The notes beneath the pieces were generated by a model. The model was not told where the DNA came from and searched no databases. It was given only the letters and a program-made list of their open reading frames with translations. The position numbers and the translations under genes are program-made. Source: Candidatus Microgenomatus sp. (GTDB lineage: Bacteria > Patescibacteriota > Microgenomatia > UBA8517). From it: a DNA stretch of 64,000 nt. Location of the stretch: the NCBI GenBank assembly GCA_020724585.1, contig DYGS01000001.1, positions 136,096 to 200,095 of the forward strand, in the 5' to 3' direction. Below, piece by piece: positions 27,409-36,853 of this stretch (the first letter of the stretch is position 1; each line of letters starts with the position of its first letter).

Positions 27409-29577
27409 ATGGCTGAAGAGAAAACAAAGAAATCTGCAATGGTTATGACGGTCACAAAAGACCGTGTTGTCCCTTTGGATAAAATTAGAAATATTGGAAT
27501 TATTGCCCATATCGATGCAGGCAAAACAACAACAACCGAAAGACTTCTTTATGAAACAGGCAGAACTTATAAATTAGGCTCAGTTGATGAAGGAACCACA
27601 GTTACTGACTGGATGGCTCAGGAAAGAGAAAGAGGAATAACAATAGTTTCCGCGGCAATTACTGCCTTTTGGGAGCTTAAAAAAACCACATCAGTTGAAG
27701 AAGGGAAATATAGAATTAACTTAATAGATACCCCGGGCCATATTGATTTTACAGCTGAAGTTGAAAGGTCTCTTCGTGTTCTTGATGGAGCCTTGATGGT
27801 CTTCGACGGAAGAACTGGAGTTGAAAGCCAATCTGAAACTGTTTGGAGGCAAGCTGATAAATACAATGTTCCAAGGATTTGCGTTTTGAATAAATTGAAT
27901 TTGATAGGTGCAGATTTTGACAAGTCAATTGCATCAATCAGGGAAAGATTGGGGGCCAATGCGTCGCCGGTAATTTATCCAATCGGCCAAGAACATGCCC
28001 ATAGGGGTGTTATTGATTTAATTACAATGAAGGCTTTAAGTTATAAGGCCATTGAAGACCACGAGCTAATAGAAGAAGAAATTCCTGCTGACCTTTTAGA
28101 TATTGCCAAAAAATATAGAACAGAACTTATTGAAAAAGTTTCAGAATTTGATGATCAGGCTCTAGAATTCTATCTAAATGGGCAAGAACCCGACGAGACT
28201 GTTTTAAAGCGAGCTATTAGAAAAGGGGTAATTCTTGGTAAATTTTTCCCAATTTTTGGAGGAGACAATAGAACGGCGGAGAGCCAGCTTTTGTTGAATG
28301 GTGTTGTTGAATATTTACCTTCACCGATAGACTTATCTGCTGTTTCTGGTACCAATCCAAAAACAGGCGAAACTGAAGCAAGAGAAAGAAAAAATGAAGC
28401 TCCATTTTCCGGCCTTGCTTTTAAAGTTGTTACTGATCCTCATGTGGGTAGACTTGTTTATGTTAGGGTTTACTCAGGCAGTTTAAAAACTGGTCAAACT
28501 GTCTATAACTCCACGAAACAAATACAGGAAAGAATTGGAAAACTTGTTCTTTTGCATGCTGATCAAAGAGAACTTATAGAGGAAGCTTTTGCAGGTGAAA
28601 TTGTTGCTGTGGTTGGAGTTAAAGATACTTCAACAGGACATACCATTTGCGATCCTGCGCATCCGATTTATCTTGAGTCAATATCATTTCCTGAACCCGT
28701 TATCTCTCTTGCGATTGAACCTGCGACAAAATCTGATCAGGAAAAAATGGGTTTGGCTCTAAATAAACTTTCTGATGAAGATCCTACATTTAGAATAAAG
28801 ACCAATCATGAAACAGGGCAAACTATTATTTCGGGAATGGGAGAGCTCCAACTTGAAGTGTTGGTTGATAGAATGAAAAGAGAATTTAATGTAGTTGCAA
28901 CAACTGGTGCGCCTCAAGTTGCTTATAAAGAAACAATCAAGAAATATGCCGAGGGCGAAGGGAAGTATATAAGACAGACTGGGGGGCGTGGTCAATATGG
29001 ACACTGTTTCATCAAGGTTGAACCTAAAGGTAGAGGGGAAGGATTTGAATTTGTGAACCAAATTAAAGGTGGAGCAATTCCAGCTGAGTACATTCCTGCA
29101 ATTGAAAAAGGTGTTAAAGAAAAATTGGAGAATGGAATTCTTGCAGGTTTTCCAATGGTTGATATTAAAGTAATTGTTTACGATGGAACTTACCATGATG
29201 TTGATTCATCAGAAATGGCCTTTAAGATAGCGGGTTCTTTGGGTGTTGAAGATGCCATTAAAAAAGCTGAGATGACCCTTCTTGAACCTATCATGAAGGT
29301 TGAAGTCTTTACCCCTGCAGAATATATGGGGGATGTTATGGGTGACCTTTCAAGTAAAAGAGCACAAATTTCAGGAACCGAAGAAAAGATGGGAGAAACA
29401 GTTGTCTATGCAACTGCTCCTTTGGCTGAGCTTTCAGGATATGCAACGAAGTTAAGATCTCTAACCCAAGGTAGAGCAAGAGCCTTTATTGAGCCAAGTC
29501 ACTATGAAGAAGTTCCTCCACACATTGCAGCCCAAATCGTTGCCAAATCAGGCAAGACCGAAATGCCAAGAGGGTAA
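27409..29577 (+). CDS. fusA: Elongation factor G
   Basis: AHIDAGKTT, ERGITI, DTPGHIDF, GMGELQL, QTGGRGQYGH motifs; str-operon position. Confidence 0.99.
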   Translation: MAEEKTKKSAMVMTVTKDRVVPLDKIRNIGIIAHIDAGKTTTTERLLYETGRTYKLGSVDEGTTVTDWMAQERERGITIVSAAITAFWELKKTTSVEEGKYRINLIDTPGHIDFTAEVERSLRVLDGALMVFDGRTGVESQSETVWRQADKYNVPRICVLNKLNLIGADFDKSIASIRERLGANASPVIYPIGQEHAHRGVIDLITMKALSYKAIEDHELIEEEIPADLLDIAKKYRTELIEKVSEFDDQALEFYLNGQEPDETVLKRAIRKGVILGKFFPIFGGDNRTAESQLLLNGVVEYLPSPIDLSAVSGTNPKTGETEARERKNEAPFSGLAFKVVTDPHVGRLVYVRVYSGSLKTGQTVYNSTKQIQERIGKLVLLHADQRELIEEAFAGEIVAVVGVKDTSTGHTICDPAHPIYLESISFPEPVISLAIEPATKSDQEKMGLALNKLSDEDPTFRIKTNHETGQTIISGMGELQLEVLVDRMKREFNVVATTGAPQVAYKETIKKYAEGEGKYIRQTGGRGQYGHCFIKVEPKGRGEGFEFVNQIKGGAIPAEYIPAIEKGVKEKLENGILAGFPMVDIKVIVYDGTYHDVDSSEMAFKIAGSLGVEDAIKKAEMTLLEPIMKVEVFTPAEYMGDVMGDLSSKRAQISGTEEKMGETVVYATAPLAELSGYATKLRSLTQGRARAFIEPSHYEEVPPHIAAQIVAKSGKTEMPRG

Positions 29578-29592
29578 TTAGTCGCTTTGCTC

Positions 29593-29623
29593 CAATTATC
29601 AATTTCCAATTTACAATTTTCAA
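29593..29623. repeat. Heptamer tandem repeat (CAATTTN) after fusA
   Basis: CAATTAT-CAATTTC-CAATTTA-CAATTTT-CAA. Confidence 0.7.
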
Positions 29624-29636
29624 AAAATAAATCAGC

Positions 29637-29666
29637 GTGTCATTGCGAACTTTAGTGAAGCAATCT
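29637..29666. repeat. REP-like dispersed element, copy 1
   Basis: GTGTCATTGCGAAC-ttta-GTGAAGCAATCT; near-identical to 63944-63972. Confidence 0.7.
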
Positions 29667-29668
29667 GT

Positions 29669-29929
29669 TTAACCTTTATAAATATCATGCGTTCCAGCTT
29701 TATGAAAAACAACTTCACCTTTATCTATAAAATCAAAGATAATTCTGTATTTACGATTGATTGAAAATGCCCAATAACCCTTTAATTTCCCAGTTAGTTT
29801 ATGAGTTTTGAGACTTGGAGCAAATGGTTCTTTCTTGAATAATTTTTCTTTTGGTTCTGACTCAATTTTTATAGCTTCAGGAAGCTTCTTGTAACTAGAA
29901 ATAAATTTATTTGTGTAATAAATTTTCAC
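29669..29929 (-). CDS. Type II TA toxin, RelE/YafQ-like mRNA interferase
   Basis: LKTHKLTGKLKGYWAFSI...YRIIF...GTHDIY; GTG start. Confidence 0.9.
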   Translation of the reverse strand: MKIYYTNKFISSYKKLPEAIKIESEPKEKLFKKEPFAPSLKTHKLTGKLKGYWAFSINRKYRIIFDFIDKGEVVFHKAGTHDIYKG

Positions 29930-29938
29930 TAATTAATA

Positions 29939-30154
29939 TTAGCGCAAATCTTTTAAAGAATTAAGTATTTTAAATCTTCCTGCTTTAAAATCAGCTCGAC
30001 TAGCTTTTAATTCTCTTAATAATTTTTCTTCTTTCCAAAATCGAAGAACATGCCTAAAGAATTCACTTTTGGTAGCAAAGTTGCCCAAAGTTACTTCAGT
30101 TTCAATTTCTTCAATCATAGGCTTTGGAAGTGATATATTTAATATTGCTCTCAT
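29939..30154 (-). CDS. Ribbon-helix-helix (CopG/ParD-like) antitoxin
   Basis: ILNISLP...F.TKSEFFR RHH pattern; upstream of the toxin; ATG at 30154. Confidence 0.85.
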   Translation of the reverse strand: MRAILNISLPKPMIEEIETEVTLGNFATKSEFFRHVLRFWKEEKLLRELKASRADFKAGRFKILNSLKDLR

Positions 30155-30163
30155 ATGTAACAC

Positions 30164-30193
30164 ATTGTATTACAGGTTATTACACATTGTCAA
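30164..30193 (-). promoter_or_regulatory. TA promoter with repeated operator-like sites
   Basis: TTGACA-18 nt-TACAAT; direct repeat ACACATTGT at 30160-30168 and 30182-30190 overlaps both hexamers. Confidence 0.7.
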
Positions 30194-30221
30194 CTGGAAA
30201 GTTGAGATGGCAAGGGGATAA

Positions 30222-30449
30222 TTATTTTCCAAGTTCCTTAGTTCCCACTTGTGATTTTATACATTCTTTATAAAAATCAGTAAAAGCATGGGCTAACTCT
30301 TTTAGTTCACCTGAAGCGTTTTCATCTTCTAGAATAGTTATAGCTTCTTGCTTCACTGTTTCTAAATCAAGTTCTTGATCAAAATATAAGTCAAAAAATT
30401 TATTGTGTGCTTCAAGCAAAGTGATTTCGTTTACCAAACTCTTTAACAT
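30222..30449 (-). CDS. Hypothetical acidic helical protein
   Basis: ATG 30449 lies 6 nt after TGcTATAAT (leaderless configuration). Confidence 0.6.
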   Translation of the reverse strand: MLKSLVNEITLLEAHNKFFDLYFDQELDLETVKQEAITILEDENASGELKELAHAFTDFYKECIKSQVGTKELGK

Positions 30450-30476
30450 GGTAGAATTATAGCATGTTTTTGGGTG

Positions 30477-30506
30477 TTGACACACATATTTAGCTTCGAA
30501 TATAAT
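30477..30506 (+). promoter_or_regulatory. tuf promoter
   Basis: TTGACA-18 nt-TATAAT. Confidence 0.75.
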
Positions 30507-30615
30507 TTAAGAGTTGAGGCAAATTAGCCTCTTGTTTTTTGCCCATTCGGCAAGCTCAGGGTAAAAAAGTAATACTAGACATAAATATATTAAGCATTTA
30601 TAATACACAAATAAT

Positions 30616-31821
30616 ATGGCAGCCCAAGATACAAAACAAAAATTTGACAGAAGCAAACCCCATGTGAATATTGGTACTATTGGTCATGTCGATCATGGTA
30701 AAACTACTTTAACTGCGGCAATTACCACAGTTTTGGCTAAAAATTTCCCCGGTGGAGTTAATAAGGCTTATGCATTTGATCAAATTGATGCCGCTCCTGA
30801 AGAGAAACAAAGAGGAGTTACAATTAATATTTCTCATGTTGAATACGAGACAGATAAGAGGCATTATGCGCACATTGATGCTCCGGGTCATGCTGATTAC
30901 ATCAAAAACATGATTACTGGTGCGGCTCAAATGGACGGCGCGATTTTGGTTGTTTCTGCTCCAGATGGACCTATGCCTCAAACAAGAGAACATGTCATCC
31001 TGGCAAGACAGGTTAATGTTCCTTCCTTAATTGTTGCTTTAAATAAATGTGATGCTATGACTGATCCTGAGCTTTTGGATTTAGTTGAGGCTGATATTAG
31101 AGACTTACTTAAGAAATATCAGTTCCCAGGTGATGAGACGCCTATCGTTAGAGTCTCAGCATTGAAGGCATTGGAGGGAGATGTGGAAGCCGAAAAAGCT
31201 GTTTTAGAACTGATGAAGACAGCAGATTCATACATTCCTGATCCTGTAAGAGATACAGATAAGCCATTTTTGATGCCGGTTGAAGATGTCTTTTCAATTT
31301 CTGGTCGAGGCACAGTTGTTACCGGCCGTGTTGAAAGAGGATTATTGAAAGTCAATGAGGAAGTTGAAATTGTGGGAATAAACCCAACTCAAAAGACCGT
31401 TGTTACAGGGATTGAAATGTTTAAGAAACTTCTTGATGATGCTCAAGCGGGTGATAATGTTGGTGTTTTACTTCGAGGCATCGAAAAAAATCAAGTTGAA
31501 AGAGGTCAGGTTTTGGCCAAACCAAGTTCTGTCACTCCTCATACAGAATTTGAAGCTGAGGTTTATATACTTTCAAAAGATGAAGGAGGAAGGCATACAC
31601 CATTCTTTTCGGGCTACAAACCTCAATTCTTTATAAGAACAGCAGATGTTACAGGTGAGGTTAAGCTGGCGGAAGGCGTTGAGATGATTATGCCTGGCGA
31701 TAATGCAAAAATGACTGTAAAATTAATTGCTCCAGTTGCTATGGAGGAAGGTTTGAGATTTGCCATAAGAGAAGGCGGACACACAGTTGGTGCAGGTGTT
31801 ATAACCAAAATAATCGCTTAA
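30616..31821 (+). CDS. tuf: Elongation factor Tu
   Basis: [21 protein letters not shown] and [13 protein letters not shown] motifs. Confidence 0.99.
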   Translation: MAAQDTKQKFDRSKPHVNIGTIGHVDHGKTTLTAAITTVLAKNFPGGVNKAYAFDQIDAAPEEKQRGVTINISHVEYETDKRHYAHIDAPGHADYIKNMITGAAQMDGAILVVSAPDGPMPQTREHVILARQVNVPSLIVALNKCDAMTDPELLDLVEADIRDLLKKYQFPGDETPIVRVSALKALEGDVEAEKAVLELMKTADSYIPDPVRDTDKPFLMPVEDVFSISGRGTVVTGRVERGLLKVNEEVEIVGINPTQKTVVTGIEMFKKLLDDAQAGDNVGVLLRGIEKNQVERGQVLAKPSSVTPHTEFEAEVYILSKDEGGRHTPFFSGYKPQFFIRTADVTGEVKLAEGVEMIMPGDNAKMTVKLIAPVAMEEGLRFAIREGGHTVGAGVITKIIA

Positions 31822-31855
31822 TTTGAAAGAATAGCTCGTTCATAGGGCCTAATTT

Positions 31856-32158
31856 ATGCAAAGGTTAAGAGTAAAGCTGAAAGCTTACGACCATAGAGTA
31901 ATAGATGAGGCGGCGGTAAAGATTATAGACGCTGCTCTTGCTTCAGGTGCTAAAATTTCAGGTCCGATTCCACTTCCAACAGATAGATCAGTAATGGCTA
32001 TCAAAGAATCTCCTTTTACAGATAAAGATGCTCAGGAACATTATGAGGTACTGATTCACAAAAGGTTGATAGATATAATAGAACCAACTGCCAGAACAGT
32101 TGATGCGCTCTCCAATATGGATCTCCCGGCAGGAGTATCAATTGAGATAAAAATGTAA
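31856..32158 (+). CDS. rpsJ: 30S ribosomal protein S10
   Basis: LKAYDH, GPIPLPT, HKRLIDI and LPAGV motifs. Confidence 0.98.
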   Translation: MQRLRVKLKAYDHRVIDEAAVKIIDAALASGAKISGPIPLPTDRSVMAIKESPFTDKDAQEHYEVLIHKRLIDIIEPTARTVDALSNMDLPAGVSIEIKM

Positions 32159-32166
32159 CCTACTCC

Positions 32167-32195
32167 TTGCGAAGATTGGGCAATATTGATATAAT
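32167..32195 (+). promoter_or_regulatory. Internal promoter before rplC
   Basis: TTGCGA-17 nt-TATAAT with TGn extension. Confidence 0.7.
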
Positions 32196-32313
32196 TCCAC
32201 AATAGAAAATATGGAGGTGGTTTTAGTAAAATAACCCCGAAATAGATTAAACAAAAGCAGGTGATAAATAGGCGCTTTTGGCGCTTTTTTATTTGGCTAA
32301 ATTTTTAGAAAAA

Positions 32314-33015
32314 ATGGACACATTATTCGGCATAAAAGGAAGGATGACACAAACCTTTATTGAAGGTTTTAGAATTCCTGTAGCAAAAATTAATCTTGGA
32401 CCATGTCGTGTCCTTGGGATTAAGAATATGCAAAAAGATGGCTATTGGGCACTTCAATTAGGCTTCCAAGAAAAAAAGACTTCAAAAAAAACTCCAAAAA
32501 ATAATCAAAACAAATTCAAATTCATAAAAGAAGTAAGATTTATGGAAGAACCAAAGTATAAAGTCGGCGACACGATATCAATTTCAGATATTTTTAAAAT
32601 AGGCGACATTGTCAATGTTTCGGGCATTACTAAAGGAAAAGGTTTTGCGGGAGGGGTTAGAAGATACAACTTTAGAGGCGGACCCAAGACGCATGGTCAG
32701 TCCGATCGTCATAGGGCTCCAGGGTCAATTGGACAAACTACTACTCCCGGGAGGGTTTATAAAGGCAAAAGAATGGCGGGTAGAATGGGAAGTGATTTGG
32801 TGACGATTAAAAACTTACATGTTGTTAATGTTTATCCTGAATTGAATCAAATTGATTTGTCAGGCCCTGTACCGGGAAGATTTGGATCTTTTTTAACCGT
32901 TAGAAAAATCAAATCTGGGTCTTTACATGATTTGGAGAAAGAAACAGTTGCACAAGTTGTTGAGGTTGAAACGCCTGCTGATGAAAATAAGGAGGGAGTA
33001 AAAAATGAAGGTTGA
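32314..33015 (+). CDS. rplC: 50S ribosomal protein L3
   Basis: KGKGFAG, HG.S..HRAPGSIG and GKRMAGRMG motifs. Confidence 0.98.
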   Translation: MDTLFGIKGRMTQTFIEGFRIPVAKINLGPCRVLGIKNMQKDGYWALQLGFQEKKTSKKTPKNNQNKFKFIKEVRFMEEPKYKVGDTISISDIFKIGDIVNVSGITKGKGFAGGVRRYNFRGGPKTHGQSDRHRAPGSIGQTTTPGRVYKGKRMAGRMGSDLVTIKNLHVVNVYPELNQIDLSGPVPGRFGSFLTVRKIKSGSLHDLEKETVAQVVEVETPADENKEGVKNEG

Positions 33016-33577
33016 ACAAATAATAAAATTGCCAAAAGAAATCGAGGCAAAGATGAATGAAGGACTGGTGGCTCAGGCAAAGAGAGTTTATGAGGATAGA
33101 ATTCATCTTGGGCTTGCTAAAGTTAAAACGAGATCGGAAATTTCTCGAACCAAAAAGAAATGGTATAGACAAAAGGGTACGGGAGGAGCAAGACACGGGG
33201 CAAGATCGGCACATATTTTTGTTGGCGGTGGGGTAGTTCATGGCCCAACAGGGGTTAAGAAACTGTTAAGATTTCCATCTAAAATGAAAAAATTGGCATT
33301 AAATATGGTTTTAACCAAGATAGCTAAGGAAAAAAGACTATTTGTAATTAAAGAAGTGAATAAAGTTAAAAAAACTAAAGATGCGGCAAAACTTGTTGAG
33401 GATATCAGATTGGTATTATTGGCGGATAAAAATAGTCAGGTTTTGAAATATTTTAGAAATTTAAAATCAGCCTCGGTTAAACTCTTTAAAGACTTAAATG
33501 TTTTGGATTTAATAAAAAGTTCCAAAGTTTTAATTGATGCAGATGTTTTTGAAACAAGGAAAGGAAAAGCAAAATGA
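33005..33577 (+). CDS. rplD: 50S ribosomal protein L4
   Basis: KTRSEI, RQKGTG.ARHG and GGGVVHGP motifs. Confidence 0.97.
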   Translation: MKVEQIIKLPKEIEAKMNEGLVAQAKRVYEDRIHLGLAKVKTRSEISRTKKKWYRQKGTGGARHGARSAHIFVGGGVVHGPTGVKKLLRFPSKMKKLALNMVLTKIAKEKRLFVIKEVNKVKKTKDAAKLVEDIRLVLLADKNSQVLKYFRNLKSASVKLFKDLNVLDLIKSSKVLIDADVFETRKGKAK

Positions 33578-33846
33578 AAATAAAACCTATTTTTACTGAA
33601 AAAAGTATGAAAGATGCCAAGAATGGAGCATACACATTTGGCGTACTCCCAAAATACACAAAATGGGAGATTAAAAAAGTTATTGAAAAAGTTTTTGGCG
33701 TTAAGGTCGAGGGAATTAGAACACTAAATTACAAAAAAAATATTCAAAAAAATTTAAGGGGCAGAAATAAAGTTAAAAAATCTATCAAAAAAATTTTAGT
33801 GACATTAAAATCAGGAAAAATCGATCTTTTTGAAGAAACTAAATGA
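33574..33846 (+). CDS. rplW: 50S ribosomal protein L23
   Basis: P..TEKS and K.EIK..IE..F.VKV motifs; synteny. Confidence 0.95.
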   Translation: MKIKPIFTEKSMKDAKNGAYTFGVLPKYTKWEIKKVIEKVFGVKVEGIRTLNYKKNIQKNLRGRNKVKKSIKKILVTLKSGKIDLFEETK

Positions 33847-34598
33847 TTATGAAAAATTTAAAAGTGCTGTTAAAGAAAAAATCGGGTAGAAGTAGAGGTA
33901 AACTGACAGTTCGCCACCAGGGAGGTCGTGCAAAAAGGTTTTTAAGAGTGATTGATTTTAAAAGATCGAAAAAGGATATTTGGGCAAAAGTTGAGGCAAT
34001 TGAATACGATCCCAATAGAAATGCAAGAATTGCAAGACTCATCTATTCTGATGGTACAAGAAGCTATATAATAGCCCCTGATGGCTTGAGTATCGGGGCC
34101 AAAGTTATTGCATCGAGTGATGCGCCAATTGAAGCTGGCAACTGTCTCCCGCTTTCAAAGATTCCTGTTGGTCAGGCCGTGCATAATATTGAAATAAAGT
34201 CAGGCAGAGGAGGGCAAGTTGCAAGGGGGGCGGGAGTTGCGGCTTTTGTTTTTGGTAAGGAAGAGAATTATGTTTTAGTTAAAATGCCGTCAGGAGAGAT
34301 AAGAAGATTTAATCCTGATGCCCAAGCGACTATTGGCCAAGTTAGCAATGTCGATTATAAGAATAGGAAGCTTAAGAAGGCGGGACAAAATAGATGGAGG
34401 GGAATAAGACCGACTGTTAGGGGTGTTGCAATGCATCCAGATGCCCATCCTCATGGAGGTGGAGAAGGTAGAAGCAGCATTGGACTTAAGTACCCGAAGA
34501 CCCCTTGGGGTAAAAAAACGGTTGGTAAAACCAGAGTACCTGATAAGTATTCGAATGATTTGATTGTTCAAGGCAGGCAGAGAGGAAAGAAAGTTTAA
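33843..34598 (+). CDS. rplB: 50S ribosomal protein L2
   Basis: [18 protein letters not shown] and HPHGGGEGR motifs. Confidence 0.99.
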   Translation: MIMKNLKVLLKKKSGRSRGKLTVRHQGGRAKRFLRVIDFKRSKKDIWAKVEAIEYDPNRNARIARLIYSDGTRSYIIAPDGLSIGAKVIASSDAPIEAGNCLPLSKIPVGQAVHNIEIKSGRGGQVARGAGVAAFVFGKEENYVLVKMPSGEIRRFNPDAQATIGQVSNVDYKNRKLKKAGQNRWRGIRPTVRGVAMHPDAHPHGGGEGRSSIGLKYPKTPWGKKTVGKTRVPDKYSNDLIVQGRQRGKKV

Positions 34599-34603
34599 AA
34601 AAT

Positions 34604-34888
34604 ATGAGTAGTAGAAGCAGTAAAAAAGGACCGTTTGTTGATGAGAGGCTAACTAAAAAAATAGCTTCTGGTTTGGGTGTTAAGGAAAAGCCAATAAAGA
34701 CCTGGTCCAGAGCTAGCCAGATTTCGCCTGAGTTTGTTGGCAAATATTTTCAAGTTCATAATGGCAGAGTGTTTATAGATGTTTTTGTGACGGAAGACAT
34801 GGTTGGTCATCGGCTTGGTGAGTTTGCACCAACCAGAACATTCAAAGGACATGGAGAAGTTGTCAAAAGAACCATGGACAAGACTTAA
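34604..34888 (+). CDS. rpsS: 30S ribosomal protein S19
   Basis: KKGPFVD, VHNG and [13 protein letters not shown] motifs. Confidence 0.99.
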   Translation: MSSRSSKKGPFVDERLTKKIASGLGVKEKPIKTWSRASQISPEFVGKYFQVHNGRVFIDVFVTEDMVGHRLGEFAPTRTFKGHGEVVKRTMDKT

Positions 34889-34900
34889 TTTATTAAAAAT

Positions 34901-35326
34901 ATGGAATACATATCTGAACAAAAATATTTAATTATAAGTCCAAGAAAATTGAGACCTATAGTTGAGATTATCAAAAAGTTAAAACCGAGCCAGGCATTGG
35001 AAAAAGTTTCTTTTATTAAAAAAAGAGGTAGTGAATATCTTTACAAAGTGATTAAATCTGCGATTGCCAATGCTTATCAAAAAGGTTCAAGTGCAGAAAA
35101 GCTTATTTTTAAAGAAATTCAAATTATGGAAGGTCCGAGGCTTAAAAGGGGAAGGCCGGTGTCGCGCGGACGATGGCACCCGATCAAGAAAAGAATGAGC
35201 CATATACGCGTTGTATTGATAGAGCAAAATTCTAAGTTACAAATGTCAAACGCTAAATTAAAACAGCAAGATAAAGTTACAAAAACAAAAAAGAAAGGAG
35301 TCAAAAAAGATGTCACAAAAAATTAA
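34901..35326 (+). CDS. rplV: 50S ribosomal protein L22 with basic C-terminal extension
   Basis: ISPRK.R, SAIANA, GPRLKR and SHI motifs. Confidence 0.97.
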   Translation: MEYISEQKYLIISPRKLRPIVEIIKKLKPSQALEKVSFIKKRGSEYLYKVIKSAIANAYQKGSSAEKLIFKEIQIMEGPRLKRGRPVSRGRWHPIKKRMSHIRVVLIEQNSKLQMSNAKLKQQDKVTKTKKKGVKKDVTKN

Positions 35327-35963
35327 TCCAATTGGTTTTAGAGTTGGCAGAACATTGCCCTGGAGATCAAGGTGGTTTTCCAATAATAAAAATTACAAAG
35401 AGTTTTTATTGGAAGATATAAAAATAAGATCAATGCTTATGAAAAAGTTATCTCTGGCTGGAATTATTGGTGTTGAGATTGAGAGATTGCCAAAAAGTAT
35501 TGTTATTGCGGTTTGGGTGTCTCGACCCGGAATGGTAATTGGAAGAGGCGGATCGGGAATAGAAGACCTTAAAAAAGATGTGATGGAAATTCTTAAAAAG
35601 AGCAAAGTTACCAAGGTTGAACAGGTAAAAGTTGATTTTAAAATTCAGGAAGTCAAAAATCCTGAATTGTCAGCCCACTTGATTGCCGAGAAAATTGCGT
35701 CTGATTTGGAAAGAAGGATTCCGCACAGAAGAGCAGTTACCAAGGCTATGGAGAGGGTAATGTCTGCTGGGGCAACTGGAGTAAAAATTGTTTTGGGAGG
35801 GCGAATAAATGGTGCAGAAATTTCAAGAGTTGAAAAGTTCCACCAAGGATCAGTTCCTACACAAACCTTAAGAGAAATAATAGATTATGCTCAAAAACCG
35901 GCTTTGGCTAAAAGAGGCTATGTTGGTGTTAAGGTTTGGATACACAGAAAGGAGGACCAATAA
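35310..35963 (+). CDS. rpsC: 30S ribosomal protein S3
   Basis: QKINPIGFR, RPGMVIGRGG and GRINGAEI motifs. Confidence 0.99.
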   Translation: MSQKINPIGFRVGRTLPWRSRWFSNNKNYKEFLLEDIKIRSMLMKKLSLAGIIGVEIERLPKSIVIAVWVSRPGMVIGRGGSGIEDLKKDVMEILKKSKVTKVEQVKVDFKIQEVKNPELSAHLIAEKIASDLERRIPHRRAVTKAMERVMSAGATGVKIVLGGRINGAEISRVEKFHQGSVPTQTLREIIDYAQKPALAKRGYVGVKVWIHRKEDQ

Positions 35964-36003
35964 TACCAATAAATACAAATTGGGCATTATTTAAAATTGA
36001 TCT

Positions 36004-36408
36004 ATGTTGCAGCCAAAAAAAAGAAAATTTATCAAAGATATGAGGGGCAGGAGAAAAGGCCTGTCTTTTCGTGGGAGTGAAGTTAATTTTGGCGATTTTG
36101 GTTTGAAGTCATTAGGTACAGCCTGGGTAACAGCTAATCAAATTGAGGCGGCGAGAAAAGCCATTACACATTTTCTTAAAAAAGGAGGAAGGGTGTGGAT
36201 TAGAATTTTTCCTGATAAACCTGTAAGCGGTCGAGCCGCTGGCAAAAGAATGGGTGGGGGAAAAGGAGAAGTTGAAAAGTATGTTGCAGTTATAAAACCT
36301 GGCAGAGTTTTATTTGAAGTTGCCGGTGTATCCAAGGAAATTGCTAAGGAGGCTTTTGTTAGAGCCTCTGCAAAATTACCGATAAAAACTATAATGGTTG
36401 AAAACTAA
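36004..36408 (+). CDS. rplP: 50S ribosomal protein L16
   Basis: [19 protein letters not shown] and RMG.GKG motifs. Confidence 0.99.
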   Translation: MLQPKKRKFIKDMRGRRKGLSFRGSEVNFGDFGLKSLGTAWVTANQIEAARKAITHFLKKGGRVWIRIFPDKPVSGRAAGKRMGGGKGEVEKYVAVIKPGRVLFEVAGVSKEIAKEAFVRASAKLPIKTIMVEN

Positions 36409-36417
36409 TTTAAAACT

Positions 36418-36624
36418 ATGAAAAAAAGCGAAAAAGTTAAAATCAGAAGCATGACAGTTGATCAAATAAAAAAAATTGTCGGCGAGAAAAGGGATAATTT
36501 GTTAAAATATGCATCTGGTGTTTTGGATAAAAATAACAAAAACAGAAAAAAGGTTTGGAGTACAAGAAAAGAACTGGCATTGCTTTTAACAATTTTAAAG
36601 GAAAAAGAAATGGAGGGTAAATAA
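36418..36624 (+). CDS. rpmC: 50S ribosomal protein L29 (divergent)
   Basis: Synteny between rplP and rpsQ; RKELA.LLT.L.E pattern. Confidence 0.88.
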   Translation: MKKSEKVKIRSMTVDQIKKIVGEKRDNLLKYASGVLDKNNKNRKKVWSTRKELALLLTILKEKEMEGK

Positions 36625-36629
36625 AAAAT

Positions 36630-36851
36630 ATGAAGGTATTTACAGGTATGGTTGTTTCTTTAAAGATGGCAAAGACTATAACTGTTGAGGTTGAGAGATT
36701 TGTCAGCCATCCTGTTTATAAAAAGAGATTCAAAAGAACAAAGAAGTACCAAGTTGCCAGCAGTAAAGAGCACAAGGTTGGGGATGTGGTTAAATTTATC
36801 GAAACCGCGCCCATTAGTAAAACAAAAAAATGGAAGGAGTTAGATAAATAA
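36630..36851 (+). CDS. rpsQ: 30S ribosomal protein S17
   Basis: G.VVS.KM.KT, HPVYKK and PISKTKKW motifs. Confidence 0.98.
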   Translation: MKVFTGMVVSLKMAKTITVEVERFVSHPVYKKRFKRTKKYQVASSKEHKVGDVVKFIETAPISKTKKWKELDK

Positions 36852-36853
36852 CA

